Under the pieces are notes generated by a model. That model saw nothing but the letters and a program-made list of their open reading frames with translations, did no database searches and was not told where the DNA came from. The position numbers were made by a program, and so were the translations under genes. Below are positions 32,465 to 41,951 of a stretch of DNA of 64,000 bases, piece after piece; position 1 is the stretch's first letter; the number at the start of each line of letters is the position of its first letter. This DNA comes from an uncultured Candidatus Rokubacteria bacterium (GTDB taxonomy: Bacteria > Methylomirabilota > Methylomirabilia > Rokubacteriales > CSP1-6), in assembly GCA_963758635.1 (NCBI GenBank), contig CAVWWD010000004.1:128001-192000 (forward strand). The letters run 5' to 3'.

Positions 32465-33583
32465 ATGGGGCGCACCTACAACGTCATCGACGCGGACGGT
32501 CACGTGCTCGAGCCGGTGGACCTCTGGCAGACCTACATGGATCCCGCGTACCGCGATCGCGCGCCGCGGCTCATCGTGGACACCGACGGCAAGGAGCGGC
32601 TGCGCGTGGAGGGCAAGGTGCTCGGCAGCCCCAAGGGCCTCGGGCTCATCGGCGCCATCGGCGCCCGCCAGGGCACGGTGGACGACGCGACGATGAAGTA
32701 CGTGGAGGGCCGCAAGGGCGGCTTCGACCCCCACGCGCGCATCCCGGACATGGACCTCGACGGGATCGACGCCGCGTTCCTCTACCCGAGCCTCGGCCTC
32801 TTCTCGGGCGCCATCACGGAACCCGGCCTCGCCGCCGCGACGTGCCGCGCGTACAACCGCTGGCTCGCCGACTACTGCAAGCCGTACCCGGATCGGCTCT
32901 TCGGCGTGGCCATGCTGCCCATGCAGTCCATCGACCTCGCCATCCAGGAGATGCGCTTCGCGCGCAAGGAGCTCGGCATGCGCGGGGGCTTCTTGCGCCC
33001 CAACCCGTACAACGGCCGCATGCTCCACCACCCGGACTACGCGCCGTTCTGGCAGGAGGTGCAGGAGCTCGACTTCTCCATCGGGCTCCACGAGGGCGCG
33101 AGCGGCGGCATGCCGCAGGTCGGCGTCGACCGCTTCGAGACGCGCGGCGCGCGCCACATCATCTCGCACACGATGGAGATGATGCTGGCGGCCATGAGCG
33201 TGATCTGGGAGGGCGTGTGCGATCGCTATCCGCGCGTGCGCATCGCCTTCCTCGAGTCCGGCGGCGGCTGGATCGCGCCGTGGCTCGACCGCATGGACCG
33301 GCACTTCGACGACGCCGGCTTCAACGACTCCGGGCTCACCACGCGCCCGAGCGAGCTGTTCCAGCGCAACTGCTGGATCTCCTTCGAGCCGGTGGAGGGG
33401 AGCCTCTCCGTCCTCGCCGACTACATCGGGCCGCACAAGATCCTGTGGGCCACCGACTACCCGCATCCCGACGGGTTCTTCCCGGGCGCGCCCGACCTGA
33501 TCGCCAAGCGGCCGGAGCTCTCGGCCAAGACCAAGCACCAGATCCTCGCCGGCGGGGCCATGGGGTTCTACGGCCTGTCGTAG
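32465..33583 (+). CDS. Amidohydrolase_2 family protein
   Basis: IDADGHV, LESGGGW, WATDYPH. Confidence 0.9.
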   Translation: MGRTYNVIDADGHVLEPVDLWQTYMDPAYRDRAPRLIVDTDGKERLRVEGKVLGSPKGLGLIGAIGARQGTVDDATMKYVEGRKGGFDPHARIPDMDLDGIDAAFLYPSLGLFSGAITEPGLAAATCRAYNRWLADYCKPYPDRLFGVAMLPMQSIDLAIQEMRFARKELGMRGGFLRPNPYNGRMLHHPDYAPFWQEVQELDFSIGLHEGASGGMPQVGVDRFETRGARHIISHTMEMMLAAMSVIWEGVCDRYPRVRIAFLESGGGWIAPWLDRMDRHFDDAGFNDSGLTTRPSELFQRNCWISFEPVEGSLSVLADYIGPHKILWATDYPHPDGFFPGAPDLIAKRPELSAKTKHQILAGGAMGFYGLS

Positions 33584-33611
33584 GGGCGCACCGGGAGCGA
33601 CGGAGGGAGCG

Positions 33612-34973
33612 ATGGCCGACAGCGCGCCGGGAAAGCTCAAGCACCTGGTCAACGTCGACGCGGGGATGGTGAGCCGCGAGATCTTCGTCAACGAGGAGAT
33701 CTACCGGCAGGAGCAGGAGCAGATCTTCGCCCGCGCCTGGCTCCTGGTGGGGCACGAGAGCCAGATCCCGCGGCCCGGCGACTTCTTCGCGTCCTCGATG
33801 GGCGAGGAGTCGGTCATCCTCTGCCGCGACCGCGCGGGGAAGATCCGGGTCTTCCTCAACTCGTGCCGGCACCGCGGGATGAAGGTCTGCCGCTACGACG
33901 AGGGGAACACCGTCGAGTTCATGTGTCCGTATCACGGATGGAGCTACGGCACCGACGGCGCCCTCGTGGGCGTGCCGTTTCTCAAGGACGCCTACGGGCC
34001 GCAGCTCGACAAGACGGGCTGGGGCCTGGTGGAGGTCGCCCAGCTCACGAACCACAAGGGGACCATCTGGGCCACGTGGGACCCCGCCGCGCCTCCGTTC
34101 CTGGACTACCTGGGCGGCTATCGGCTCTACTTCGACCTGCTCGTGGACGCGTGGGACGGGCGCGAGGGCGGCAGCGAGGTCATCGGCGGCGTCCACAAGT
34201 GGCTGATCCCGTGCAACTGGAAGTTCCCCGCCGAGAACTTCTCGGGCGACCGCTACCACGGGGTGAGCCACCGCTCCGTGGACATGGTGGGCCTCGGGCC
34301 CAGCGGCACCGGCCGCCGCGACAACCGGGAGCGCAACGAGTCGCGCTGGCTCGACGTGTCGTTCCCCGAGCTGGGCCATTCCATGATCGCGTTCCTGCGG
34401 CCGCCGGGCGGCGCCATCGCGCCCGCGTACCAGCACTCGCCGGCGGTGTCGGCGTACTTCCTGCGCTGCGAGGAGGAGCGCCAGCGCCGGCGCGGCGAGG
34501 AGTGGCGGCTCTTCGGCGGCCCCGGCACGGTGTTCCCGAACGCCTCGCCGCTCGCGCGGCAGCCGCGGACGATCGCGGTGTGGCATCCGCGCGGGCCCCA
34601 CCAGACCGAGGTCTGGCGCTGGTACCTGGTCGACGCCGACGCCCCCGCCGAGGTGAAGGAGTTCCTCCGCCAGTACTACACGCGCTACTCCGGGCCATCG
34701 GGCCTGACCGAGCAGGACGACATGGAGAACTGGAACTACGCGCACGCGGCGAGCCGCGGCACCGTGGCGCGCCGGTATCCGTACAACTACGAGATGGGCC
34801 TGGGGCGGGCCACGCGGAGCTTCGAGGACCACGGCCTCGCCCTGCCCGGCACGATCATGGACGTGCCGGTGGGCACGGCGAGCGAGAACAACCAGCGCGG
34901 CTTCTACCGCCGCTGGCGCCAGCTCATGGAGGCGGGGAGCTGGAACGAGCTCGCCGCGCCGTTGAGCCCCTGA
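33612..34973 (+). CDS. Rieske aromatic ring-hydroxylating dioxygenase alpha subunit
   Basis: CRHRG...CPYHGW Rieske motif, NWKFPAENF..D.YH...H, EQDD.ENW. Confidence 0.93.
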   Translation: MADSAPGKLKHLVNVDAGMVSREIFVNEEIYRQEQEQIFARAWLLVGHESQIPRPGDFFASSMGEESVILCRDRAGKIRVFLNSCRHRGMKVCRYDEGNTVEFMCPYHGWSYGTDGALVGVPFLKDAYGPQLDKTGWGLVEVAQLTNHKGTIWATWDPAAPPFLDYLGGYRLYFDLLVDAWDGREGGSEVIGGVHKWLIPCNWKFPAENFSGDRYHGVSHRSVDMVGLGPSGTGRRDNRERNESRWLDVSFPELGHSMIAFLRPPGGAIAPAYQHSPAVSAYFLRCEEERQRRRGEEWRLFGGPGTVFPNASPLARQPRTIAVWHPRGPHQTEVWRWYLVDADAPAEVKEFLRQYYTRYSGPSGLTEQDDMENWNYAHAASRGTVARRYPYNYEMGLGRATRSFEDHGLALPGTIMDVPVGTASENNQRGFYRRWRQLMEAGSWNELAAPLSP

Positions 34974-35509
34974 TGGAGCCCGGCCTCGCGCGCCTCCTAT
35001 TGAAGGAGGAGGTGTCCGACTTCCTCTACCGGGAGGCCGAGCTGCTCGACGAGCGCCGGTACGAGGAGTGGCTGGACCTCTTCACCGAGGACGCCCGCTA
35101 CTGGATGCCGATGCGGCGCAACATGCCCCCCGACGCCCGCGATCGCGAGCTCACCCGCGAAGGGGTGGACGTGAACTGGTTCGACGACGGCAAGGACACG
35201 CTGGTCCGCCGGGTCCAGCAGATCCGCACCGGCGTGCACTGGGCGGAGGAGCCGCCTTCCCGGATCTGTCACATGGTCTCGAACGTCCAGATCCTCGACG
35301 CGTCGCTGTCCAATGGCGTGCCCGCCGAGGTCTCCGTGAAGTGCCGGTTCCTCGTCTACCGGAACCGGGTCGAGACGGAGACGGACGTCCTGGTCGGCAA
35401 GCGGGAGGACCTGCTCCGCCGTCTCGACGGGGGCTGGCGCATCGCCCGCCGCAAGATCCTGCTCGACCAGAGCGTGCTGCTCACCAAGAACCTCACCTTC
35501 TTCATCTAA
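34973..35509 (+). CDS. Ring-hydroxylating dioxygenase beta subunit
   Basis: FLYREAELLDER, WAEEPPSR, GKREDLLR, KNLTFF. Confidence 0.93.
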   Translation: MEPGLARLLLKEEVSDFLYREAELLDERRYEEWLDLFTEDARYWMPMRRNMPPDARDRELTREGVDVNWFDDGKDTLVRRVQQIRTGVHWAEEPPSRICHMVSNVQILDASLSNGVPAEVSVKCRFLVYRNRVETETDVLVGKREDLLRRLDGGWRIARRKILLDQSVLLTKNLTFFI

Positions 35510-35528
35510 CCCGCGGTAGGAGGTGCAC

Positions 35529-37089
35529 ATGCGCGCCGTTCCCCTCGCTCGTCCCGGCTCTCGGCTCGCCCTCTGCCTCCTGGTGCTGGCCGCGGTGACC
35601 GTCCTCGGCCCCGCGGCGCCGGCCTCCGCCCAGCCGGGCCCGGGCGAGGTCGTGATCGCGTGGCACGTCACCATCGCGCCGTCCTGGTTCGACCCGTCCA
35701 CGGCGCCTGCCCAGATCACGCCCTTCGGCCTGCTCTACGCGATGCACGACGCCCTCGTCCGGCCGCTCCCCGGCGGCCAGCGCATGGGCCGGAGCCTCGC
35801 CGAGTCGTGGACGGAGAGCCGGGACGGCCTCACGTACGAGTTCAAGCTTCGCCCCGGGGTGAAGTTCCACAACGGCGATCCCGTCACGGCGGAGGACGTC
35901 AAGTTCAGCTTCGACCGCTACAAGGGCGCGGGCTCGAAGGAGCTCCACGCCCGGGTCCGGCAAGTCGACGATCGTCGATCCCCTCACGGTCCGCTTCGTC
36001 CTGAAGGAGCCGTGGCCCGACTTCATGACGTTCTACGGCACCACGGCCACCGCCGCGGGCATCGTGGTGCCCAAGAAGTACTTGCAGCAGGTCGGCGACG
36101 ACGGGTTCACCAAGGCGCCGATCGGCGCCGGGCCCTACCGGTTCGTGAGCCACAAGCCCGGTGTGGAGGTGGTGCTGGAGGCCAACCCGCAGTACTGGCG
36201 GAAGGTGCCCAGCGTGAAGCGCGTCGTCCTCAAGAGCGTGCCCGAGGGCACGACGCGGGTGGCCATGCTCAAGAAGGGCGAGATCGACATGGCCTACGCC
36301 CTCGATGGGGAGGACGCGGAAAACGTCCGGCGCGATCCGCGCCTCACCCTGGTGCCGTCCAAGCACGCGTCGATCTTCTGGATCGAGATGACCGAGCAGT
36401 GGGATCCCAAGTCACCGTTCGCCGACAAGCGCGTGCGCCAGGCCGCGATCCACGCCCTGGACCGGAAGACCATCAACGAGGTGGCCTGCCTCGGCTACTG
36501 CCCGCCGACCGGCGTGATCATCCCCCGCGTGATGGACTTCGCGCTTCAGACCCAGCCCCCCGCCTTCGACCCCGTGCGCGCCAAGCAGCTCCTTGCCGAG
36601 GCGGGATACCCGCGCGGGTTCGACGCCGGGGAGCTGACCCCCACGCCGCCCTTCACGACGGTGGCGGAGACCACCCTCAACTACCTGGCCGCGGTGGGGA
36701 TCCGCGCCAAGCTCCGCACGATGGAGCGGGCGACGTTCCTCGCCTCCTGGCGTGAGAAGAAGCTCCGCGGCCTCGTCCTCACCGCGGTGGGGAACTCCGG
36801 CAACGCGGCGACCCGCGTGGAGTCGTTCATCTACTCCAAGGGCGGGTACGCGTACGGGGGCTACCCGGACATCGACGACCTGTTCCAGCAGCAGGCCCGC
36901 GAGCGCGACTCGGCCAAGCGCGAGGCGATCCTGCACCAGATCCAGCAGCTCACGATCGACCGCGCGATGTTCGTGCCCATCATGGACTACCGCACGCTCC
37001 GGGGCGTGGGCCCGCGCCTGGCCGAGCACGCGCTCAACGTCATGCACCTCGTGCCGTCGCCGGCGCTGGAGGAGATGCGCCTGAAGTAG
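35529..37089 (+). CDS. Family 5 ABC SBP, frameshift near 35970
   Basis: SLAESW, GVKFHNG, then PIGAGPYRF, DKRVRQA. Confidence 0.85.
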
Positions 37090-37092
37090 CGG

Positions 37093-37515
37093 TCAGACGT
37101 TCGGGGGCGCCGCGCTGATCTGGGCCAGGACGGATGGCCGGTCGATGTCGATGGCGAGGTCGCCGAGCGACACGATGCCGACCACGCTGCCGTCCTCGTC
37201 GACCACGGGGAGCCGGCGGATGGCGTGCTCCCGCATGAGGCGCACCGCCTCTCCGACCCCGGTCTCGGGGCGGACGGTGGTGATCACCCGGCTACAGATG
37301 TCGCCGGCCCGGGTCATCGTGGGGTCGCGCTCCTCGGCGACCCCGCGGACCACCACGTCGCGGTCGGTGAGGATCCCGGCCAGGCGGCTGCCGTCGAGGA
37401 CCAGCACGTCCCCGATGTCGTGGTCGCGCATGACCCGCGCGGCCTCGGTCACCGCGGAGGTCCCAGAGATCGTCAGGGGGTTCGGCGTCATCACCTCACG
37501 CACGATTTGATGCAT
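37093..37515 (-). CDS. CBS domain protein
   Basis: VREVMTPNP, GILTDRD, IRRLPVV, GIVSLGD. Confidence 0.9.
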   Translation of the reverse strand: MHQIVREVMTPNPLTISGTSAVTEAARVMRDHDIGDVLVLDGSRLAGILTDRDVVVRGVAEERDPTMTRAGDICSRVITTVRPETGVGEAVRLMREHAIRRLPVVDEDGSVVGIVSLGDLAIDIDRPSVLAQISAAPPNV

Positions 37516-37696
37516 CGTCCATCCTCCATCGCGCCGCCGGGACCTCCAGGAAGGCGCCGGCGCAGCGCGTGCAGTACCACACCGACTCCACGAACCAGCC
37601 GCAGCACGGGCAGCACGGCACGCCGCACTCGAGGCAGCCCAGGGCCTCGGTGCCGCGCGGCAGGGGCGCCCCGCACACACAGCGCGCGGGGGTCAT
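37496..37696 (-). CDS. Small Cys-rich (zinc-finger-like) protein
   Basis: CVCG...CLECG..CCPCC...YCTRC; coupled to neighbouring genes. Confidence 0.6.
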   Translation of the reverse strand: MTPARCVCGAPLPRGTEALGCLECGVPCCPCCGWFVESVWYCTRCAGAFLEVPAARWRMDDASNRA

Positions 37697-38064
37697 AGGA
37701 GCGTTCCCGGCCCCTGCCCCGGTCCGGGCACGGGGACGTCGGCCTCTTCAACGTCGGTCTCGGCGCCGTCGCTGGCGACGATGCGGACCACGACGCGGTC
37801 GTCGAGCACGATCGCGCGGTCGAACCGGACCATGGTGAATCCCATCGCGGCGGCGCTCCGGATCGTCGTCTCGATGGCGCGCCCGAGGGCGCCGTCGAGC
37901 GCGGCCTCGGTGCGGTCGGCGAGCGCGGCCGAGGCCTCGATGGTGACCGTCTCCGCGTGCGCGGCGCACCCGAGCAGGACGCCGGCGAGCGTCATGACGA
38001 CGACGAGGGCGCCCCGGCGGGCGGGGCGTGAGCGCTGGCTAGAAACGCGCGCTGAACCGTCCAT
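37693..38064 (-). CDS. Hypothetical exported/lipoprotein
   Basis: Hydrophobic segment ending LLGC; sits in the operon. Confidence 0.55.
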   Translation of the reverse strand: MDGSARVSSQRSRPARRGALVVVMTLAGVLLGCAAHAETVTIEASAALADRTEAALDGALGRAIETTIRSAAAMGFTMVRFDRAIVLDDRVVVRIVASDGAETDVEEADVPVPGPGQGPGTLL

Positions 38065-38641
38065 GCTTGCTGTCCTTGTAGCGCTGCTCGACGACCTCCC
38101 AGCTCACGTTCGCCAGGAAGGCCGTGATGTACTCGTCACGTCCGCTCGCGCCGTGGTCGACCATCCACGCGTGCTCGAACACGTCCATGACGAGGATGGG
38201 ATGGAAGCCCGCGGGGTGGTTGACCTCGTGGCTCGACACCCACCAGTTGAAGAGCCGCTGCGCGGCGGGATCGTGGTAGAGGATCGCCCAGCCCACGCCG
38301 CGCATCGCGCCGGTCCGGGCGAAGTCCTCCCGCCACGCCGTCGTGGTGCCCCAGGCCGCGGTGAGATCCGCGGCGAGGTCGCTGCCCGGGCTGAGCTTGG
38401 CCTCGGCGGCGAGGTTGCTGAAGTAGTACTCGTGGAGCACCACGCCGTCGATCTCGAAGCCGGCCCGCCGCTTGAGCTCGGCCCACGCCGGCGAGCCGGG
38501 CTCGGCCCGCTCGATCGCCTCGAGGAGCTCGTTGGCGTTCGTGACGTAGCCCTCGTAAAGGGCCCAGTGCTGGGCGATCTGCTCGTCCGAGATCCCGGCG
38601 AGGGCGCTCGGCTTGATCTGCTTGTGGACGACGTAGGTCAT
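38039..38641 (-). CDS. Fe/Mn superoxide dismutase family protein
   Basis: HWALYEGYV, LHEYYFSNL, GVGWAIL, MDVFEHAW. Confidence 0.88.
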   Translation of the reverse strand: MTYVVHKQIKPSALAGISDEQIAQHWALYEGYVTNANELLEAIERAEPGSPAWAELKRRAGFEIDGVVLHEYYFSNLAAEAKLSPGSDLAADLTAAWGTTTAWREDFARTGAMRGVGWAILYHDPAAQRLFNWWVSSHEVNHPAGFHPILVMDVFEHAWMVDHGASGRDEYITAFLANVSWEVVEQRYKDSKHGRFSARF

Positions 38642-38654
38642 GGCGTGCCTCCGG

Positions 38655-38804
38655 TCAGACCGGCCGCTGGCCGCGGATGATGCGGATCAGCACCACGGCG
38701 ACGGCGATCACCAGCAGGATGTGGATGAAGCCACCGATCGTGTACGAGCTGACGACGCCGAGCAGCCAGAGCACCAGCAACACGACGAAGATCGTCCACA
38801 GCAT
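38655..38804 (-). CDS. lmo0937-family small membrane protein
   Basis: MLWTIFVVLLVLWLLG...GGFIHILLVIA. Confidence 0.85.
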   Translation of the reverse strand: MLWTIFVVLLVLWLLGVVSSYTIGGFIHILLVIAVAVVLIRIIRGQRPV

Positions 38805-38870
38805 GAGGTCTCCTCTCGTCCTGGGTTTGCCCTCGTCGCTCCGGTTGCGTGGAGCCGTCACCGTCACCCG

Positions 38871-38885
38871 GCATTTCGCGTGCCA
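38871..38885 (-). promoter_or_regulatory. Sigma54-like promoter
   Basis: Minus strand TGGCACGCGAAATGC. Confidence 0.45.
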
Positions 38886-39007
38886 GCGCTTGGAGAAGCA
38901 CGGCGGGCGAGATGCCCAGGGGAGTTGACATCCCGCCCGCCGCCGTCGGCGTCGCGCATGGGACGCGACGCCGGACCTCTACGAGAGCGTTCGGACCAGG
39001 TGGCCCG

Positions 39008-39265
39008 CTACTTCACCGGCTCCTGCTTCGTCTCGTCCAGCTGTACCGGGCGACCGGCGCCGGAATCACGATCGCTCCGCTCTCCCGGGCGCTCGCCCGG
39101 GGGCAGATCCTGGCGCCGCTGCTCGCCGCGATCCTCTCGGCGATTCGGCTCGGCGCTCGGCTGACCAGGCTGCTGATGGGGCTCTCGCGTCTGACCAGGC
39201 TGCTGAGGCTGACTGGGCTGATGGGTCGGCTTCGGATCCATCGGCCGATTCTTGTTCTGCTTCAT
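39008..39265 (-). CDS. Small Q/P-rich hydrophilic protein
   Basis: GGAGG RBS, MKQNKNRP...QQPGQ repeats. Confidence 0.6.
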   Translation of the reverse strand: MKQNKNRPMDPKPTHQPSQPQQPGQTREPHQQPGQPSAEPNRREDRGEQRRQDLPPGERPGERSDRDSGAGRPVQLDETKQEPVK

Positions 39266-39353
39266 GGCGCGTGTGACCTCCTTTCCATGGTCGGCCCGAA
39301 CCACGATGGGCCGCCGCGTGGACCGGCCGGGGCCGGCCCGCCCTGTGTGAAAG

Positions 39354-39369
39354 AGCAAGGGATGTGCCA
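39354..39369 (-). promoter_or_regulatory. Sigma54-type promoter
   Basis: Minus strand TGGCACATCCCTTGCT, near consensus. Confidence 0.65.
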
Positions 39370-39606
39370 CGAACGGTGCTGCCGCAAACCCTGCTCCACT
39401 GCGGCGCGTTCGTCGCGCCGCGCGGCGTCAGCCCGGCCGGTGCGTCACTTGGTACCCGGTCAAGCCGACCACCCCGGTATTCGGGGCGTATGGAAAGGTG
39501 GTCGTCCGCGCGCGTTCTCCGCGTGTTCGCCTTGTGTTCCCTGGCCGGATGGCCCGCGCGCCGCTGGCACGACAGTTGAAACCGCGGTCTTCCGGAGGTA
39601 ATCGAC

Positions 39607-40341
39607 GTGAACACTTCACACGCGAATCGAGACACCTGGTGGCGGGTGCTCGTGCGGGGGGCGGCCGCGCTCTCGCTGGTCACCGCCATGTCGAGCTGCA
39701 CGCTGACGACCGAGACCGCCCGGCCGCAAACCGGCGCGGACCGGCCGACCGGATCGCCCACCGCGACGACCACGCCGGCGCCATCGACACGCGCGGTCGA
39801 TCGTGCCGAGGTGGAGCGGCTTCGGCGGGTGATGCTTCCCCTCTTGAAGGGGATGAACAACGCGCGCAACCCCTCGGAGGTTCGCGTGGGCATCATGGAC
39901 GACCCGCACATCAACGCGGCGAGCGCCGGGGGCGGCAAGTTCTACGTGACCACCGGCCTCCTCCAGAAGGCCAACGACGAACAGCTGTCCGGCGTGATGG
40001 CCCACGAGCTCGCCCACGACGACCTCGGCCACGTGGCCAAGGCCCAGGCGCTGTCCACGGGTCTCGGCATCGGGATCGTGATCCTGGACCAGATCATCCC
40101 GGGGAGCGGGAGCATCACGCCGATCGCCGGTCAGCTCATCGCCCGCGGCTACAGCCGGCGGGAGGAGTACGCGGCCGATCGTCACGCGATGACGATCCTC
40201 GGCCGGGCCGGCCGCCCGCCGGAGACGATGATGAGCACGCTGAACTGGCTGCTCCAGACCGAGGGCGGCAGCAGTGGCGGGTTCTTCGCCACGCACCCGG
40301 CCACCACGGATCGCATCGAGGCCTTGCGGCAGGAGCGCTAG
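39607..40341 (+). CDS. M48 family metallopeptidase (lipoprotein)
   Basis: INAAS, HELAH, YSRREEYAAD, FATHP; TGGCACGACAGTTGA at 39565 upstream. Confidence 0.9.
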   Translation: MNTSHANRDTWWRVLVRGAAALSLVTAMSSCTLTTETARPQTGADRPTGSPTATTTPAPSTRAVDRAEVERLRRVMLPLLKGMNNARNPSEVRVGIMDDPHINAASAGGGKFYVTTGLLQKANDEQLSGVMAHELAHDDLGHVAKAQALSTGLGIGIVILDQIIPGSGSITPIAGQLIARGYSRREEYAADRHAMTILGRAGRPPETMMSTLNWLLQTEGGSSGGFFATHPATTDRIEALRQER

Positions 40342-40360
40342 CGGCCCAGAAAGGACGAGC

Positions 40361-40780
40361 ATGATGGCTTCCGAGAGCGGGAAGATCACGCCCGCGCCGC
40401 TGGCGCCGATCGAGGCGAAGACCGTTGCCGAGGCGATCGCGGGGCTCGGCCGCCAGGGTTTCACCAGATGGTTTCGCGCCGTCGACGATGGTCTCCAGGT
40501 GCTGGAAGGGGGCGCGCTCGGCGCCGGCCGGACGTTCGCGCCCGAGGATCTGGTGATCCGCGCCTTCTATCGGTTCGAGGGCGTTTCCGATCCGGACGAC
40601 ATGGCCGTCGTCTACGCCATCGAGACGCGCGACGGAGCCGTGCGCGGCACGCTGACCGACGCCTTCGGCGTGTACGCCGATCCCGAGACGGGCGCGGTCG
40701 TCGAGCGTATCCGTCACGCCGCGGACGGCGAGCCGTCCGATGGCCGGCCCGGGGAGGCGCGAGCCGACCGACCGCGCTAG
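40361..40780 (+). CDS. Conserved hypothetical protein
   Basis: FYRFEGVSDPDDMAVVYAIE...GTLTDAFGVY motif family. Confidence 0.75.
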   Translation: MMASESGKITPAPLAPIEAKTVAEAIAGLGRQGFTRWFRAVDDGLQVLEGGALGAGRTFAPEDLVIRAFYRFEGVSDPDDMAVVYAIETRDGAVRGTLTDAFGVYADPETGAVVERIRHAADGEPSDGRPGEARADRPR

Positions 40781-40811
40781 CGATTGTCTATAATGTGCGC
40801 CTGGTGAATCC

Positions 40812-41777
40812 ATGACACGCGCACATCGCGCCGGCGCACGAGGCGGCGCCGGCCGCCTGGAGCTGACCCACCTCGGCGCGGCCGGCTGGGAGATCAGCGA
40901 CGGCGAGCGGGTGATCCTGCTCGATCCCTACCTGTCGCGGCTCCGCTATCGCGGCCGCTTCGGCTCGCAGGACGCGCCGTCCGCGCCCGGGGACCGGCGC
41001 CCGGTGTACGGTCCCGACGACCCGCTCGCGCCGGACACCGCGATGATCGACGCGCACGTGCGCCGCGCGGACTTCATCCTCCACTCGCACTCGCACTTCA
41101 ACCACACGCTGGACATGCCGCACATCGCGCGGAAGACCGGCGCCGTCGTCATCGGCACCGAGAGCACGACCAACCTGGCGCGCGCCGGTGGCGTGGACCC
41201 GAGCCGGCTCCTGACCGTGCGGGGCGGCGAGGACTACGCATTCGGCGGATTCTCGGTGCGCGTCATCCCCAGCCTGCACTCGGCGCTCCGCGGCAAGCTC
41301 CACTTCGACTCCCGGGTGATCCCCGCGGACTTCCGCGGGCCCCGGACGATGGACAACAACGTCGAGGGAGGAACGCTCGCGTACCTCCTGCGCCTCGGCG
41401 GGCACGAGATCCTCTGGTTCGGCTCGATGAACTTCATCGAGCGCGAGGTGGACGGGCTGCGTCCGGACATCGCGATGATCGCCGCCGCGCGGCAGCGCCT
41501 GGAGATCCACGACTACACGGGTCGGCTCATGCGGGCGCTCGGGCGGCCCCGGCTCGTCTTCGCCACTCACTGGGACGAGCAGTCGTTCCCGCTCGGCGCG
41601 CCTCAGGACATCCGGCTCGCCGAGGCCGCCGTCTTCGTCCGCGAGGTGAAGGCGGTGTCGCCCCGGACCCGTGTCATCGTGGCCCGGCATCTCGAGCGAC
41701 ACGTGGTGGATGGAGGGCGCCCGGCACGGACGGCCGGGCGCGCCGCGCGCCGGAAAGGGTCTCGCCGTGGGCGCTAG
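40812..41777 (+). CDS. MBL-fold metallo-hydrolase
   Basis: LLDPYLSR, HSHSHFNH, PSLHS, THWD. Confidence 0.85.
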   Translation: MTRAHRAGARGGAGRLELTHLGAAGWEISDGERVILLDPYLSRLRYRGRFGSQDAPSAPGDRRPVYGPDDPLAPDTAMIDAHVRRADFILHSHSHFNHTLDMPHIARKTGAVVIGTESTTNLARAGGVDPSRLLTVRGGEDYAFGGFSVRVIPSLHSALRGKLHFDSRVIPADFRGPRTMDNNVEGGTLAYLLRLGGHEILWFGSMNFIEREVDGLRPDIAMIAAARQRLEIHDYTGRLMRALGRPRLVFATHWDEQSFPLGAPQDIRLAEAAVFVREVKAVSPRTRVIVARHLERHVVDGGRPARTAGRAARRKGSRRGR

Positions 41778-41895
41778 CCCGGCCGCGGCCGGCCATCCGA
41801 GCTGGGTGGAGCTCGACCGGGCTGCCCTCGCCGGAAACCTGAACTACCGTGTGCTCGCCTCCATTCCGCCTGCCGTGCCCCGGCTGCTCACGTAG
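41767..41895 (+). pseudogene. alr: Internally deleted alanine racemase-like remnant
   Basis: SWVELDRAALAGNL (Alr N-terminal motif) fused directly to NYRVLASIPPAVPR (Alr C-terminal motif). Confidence 0.55.
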
Positions 41896-41951
41896 GTACG
41901 ATCATCGCGGCCGGGCCGGGAGCCCGCCGCCGCCCAGGGAGAGTCACGACC

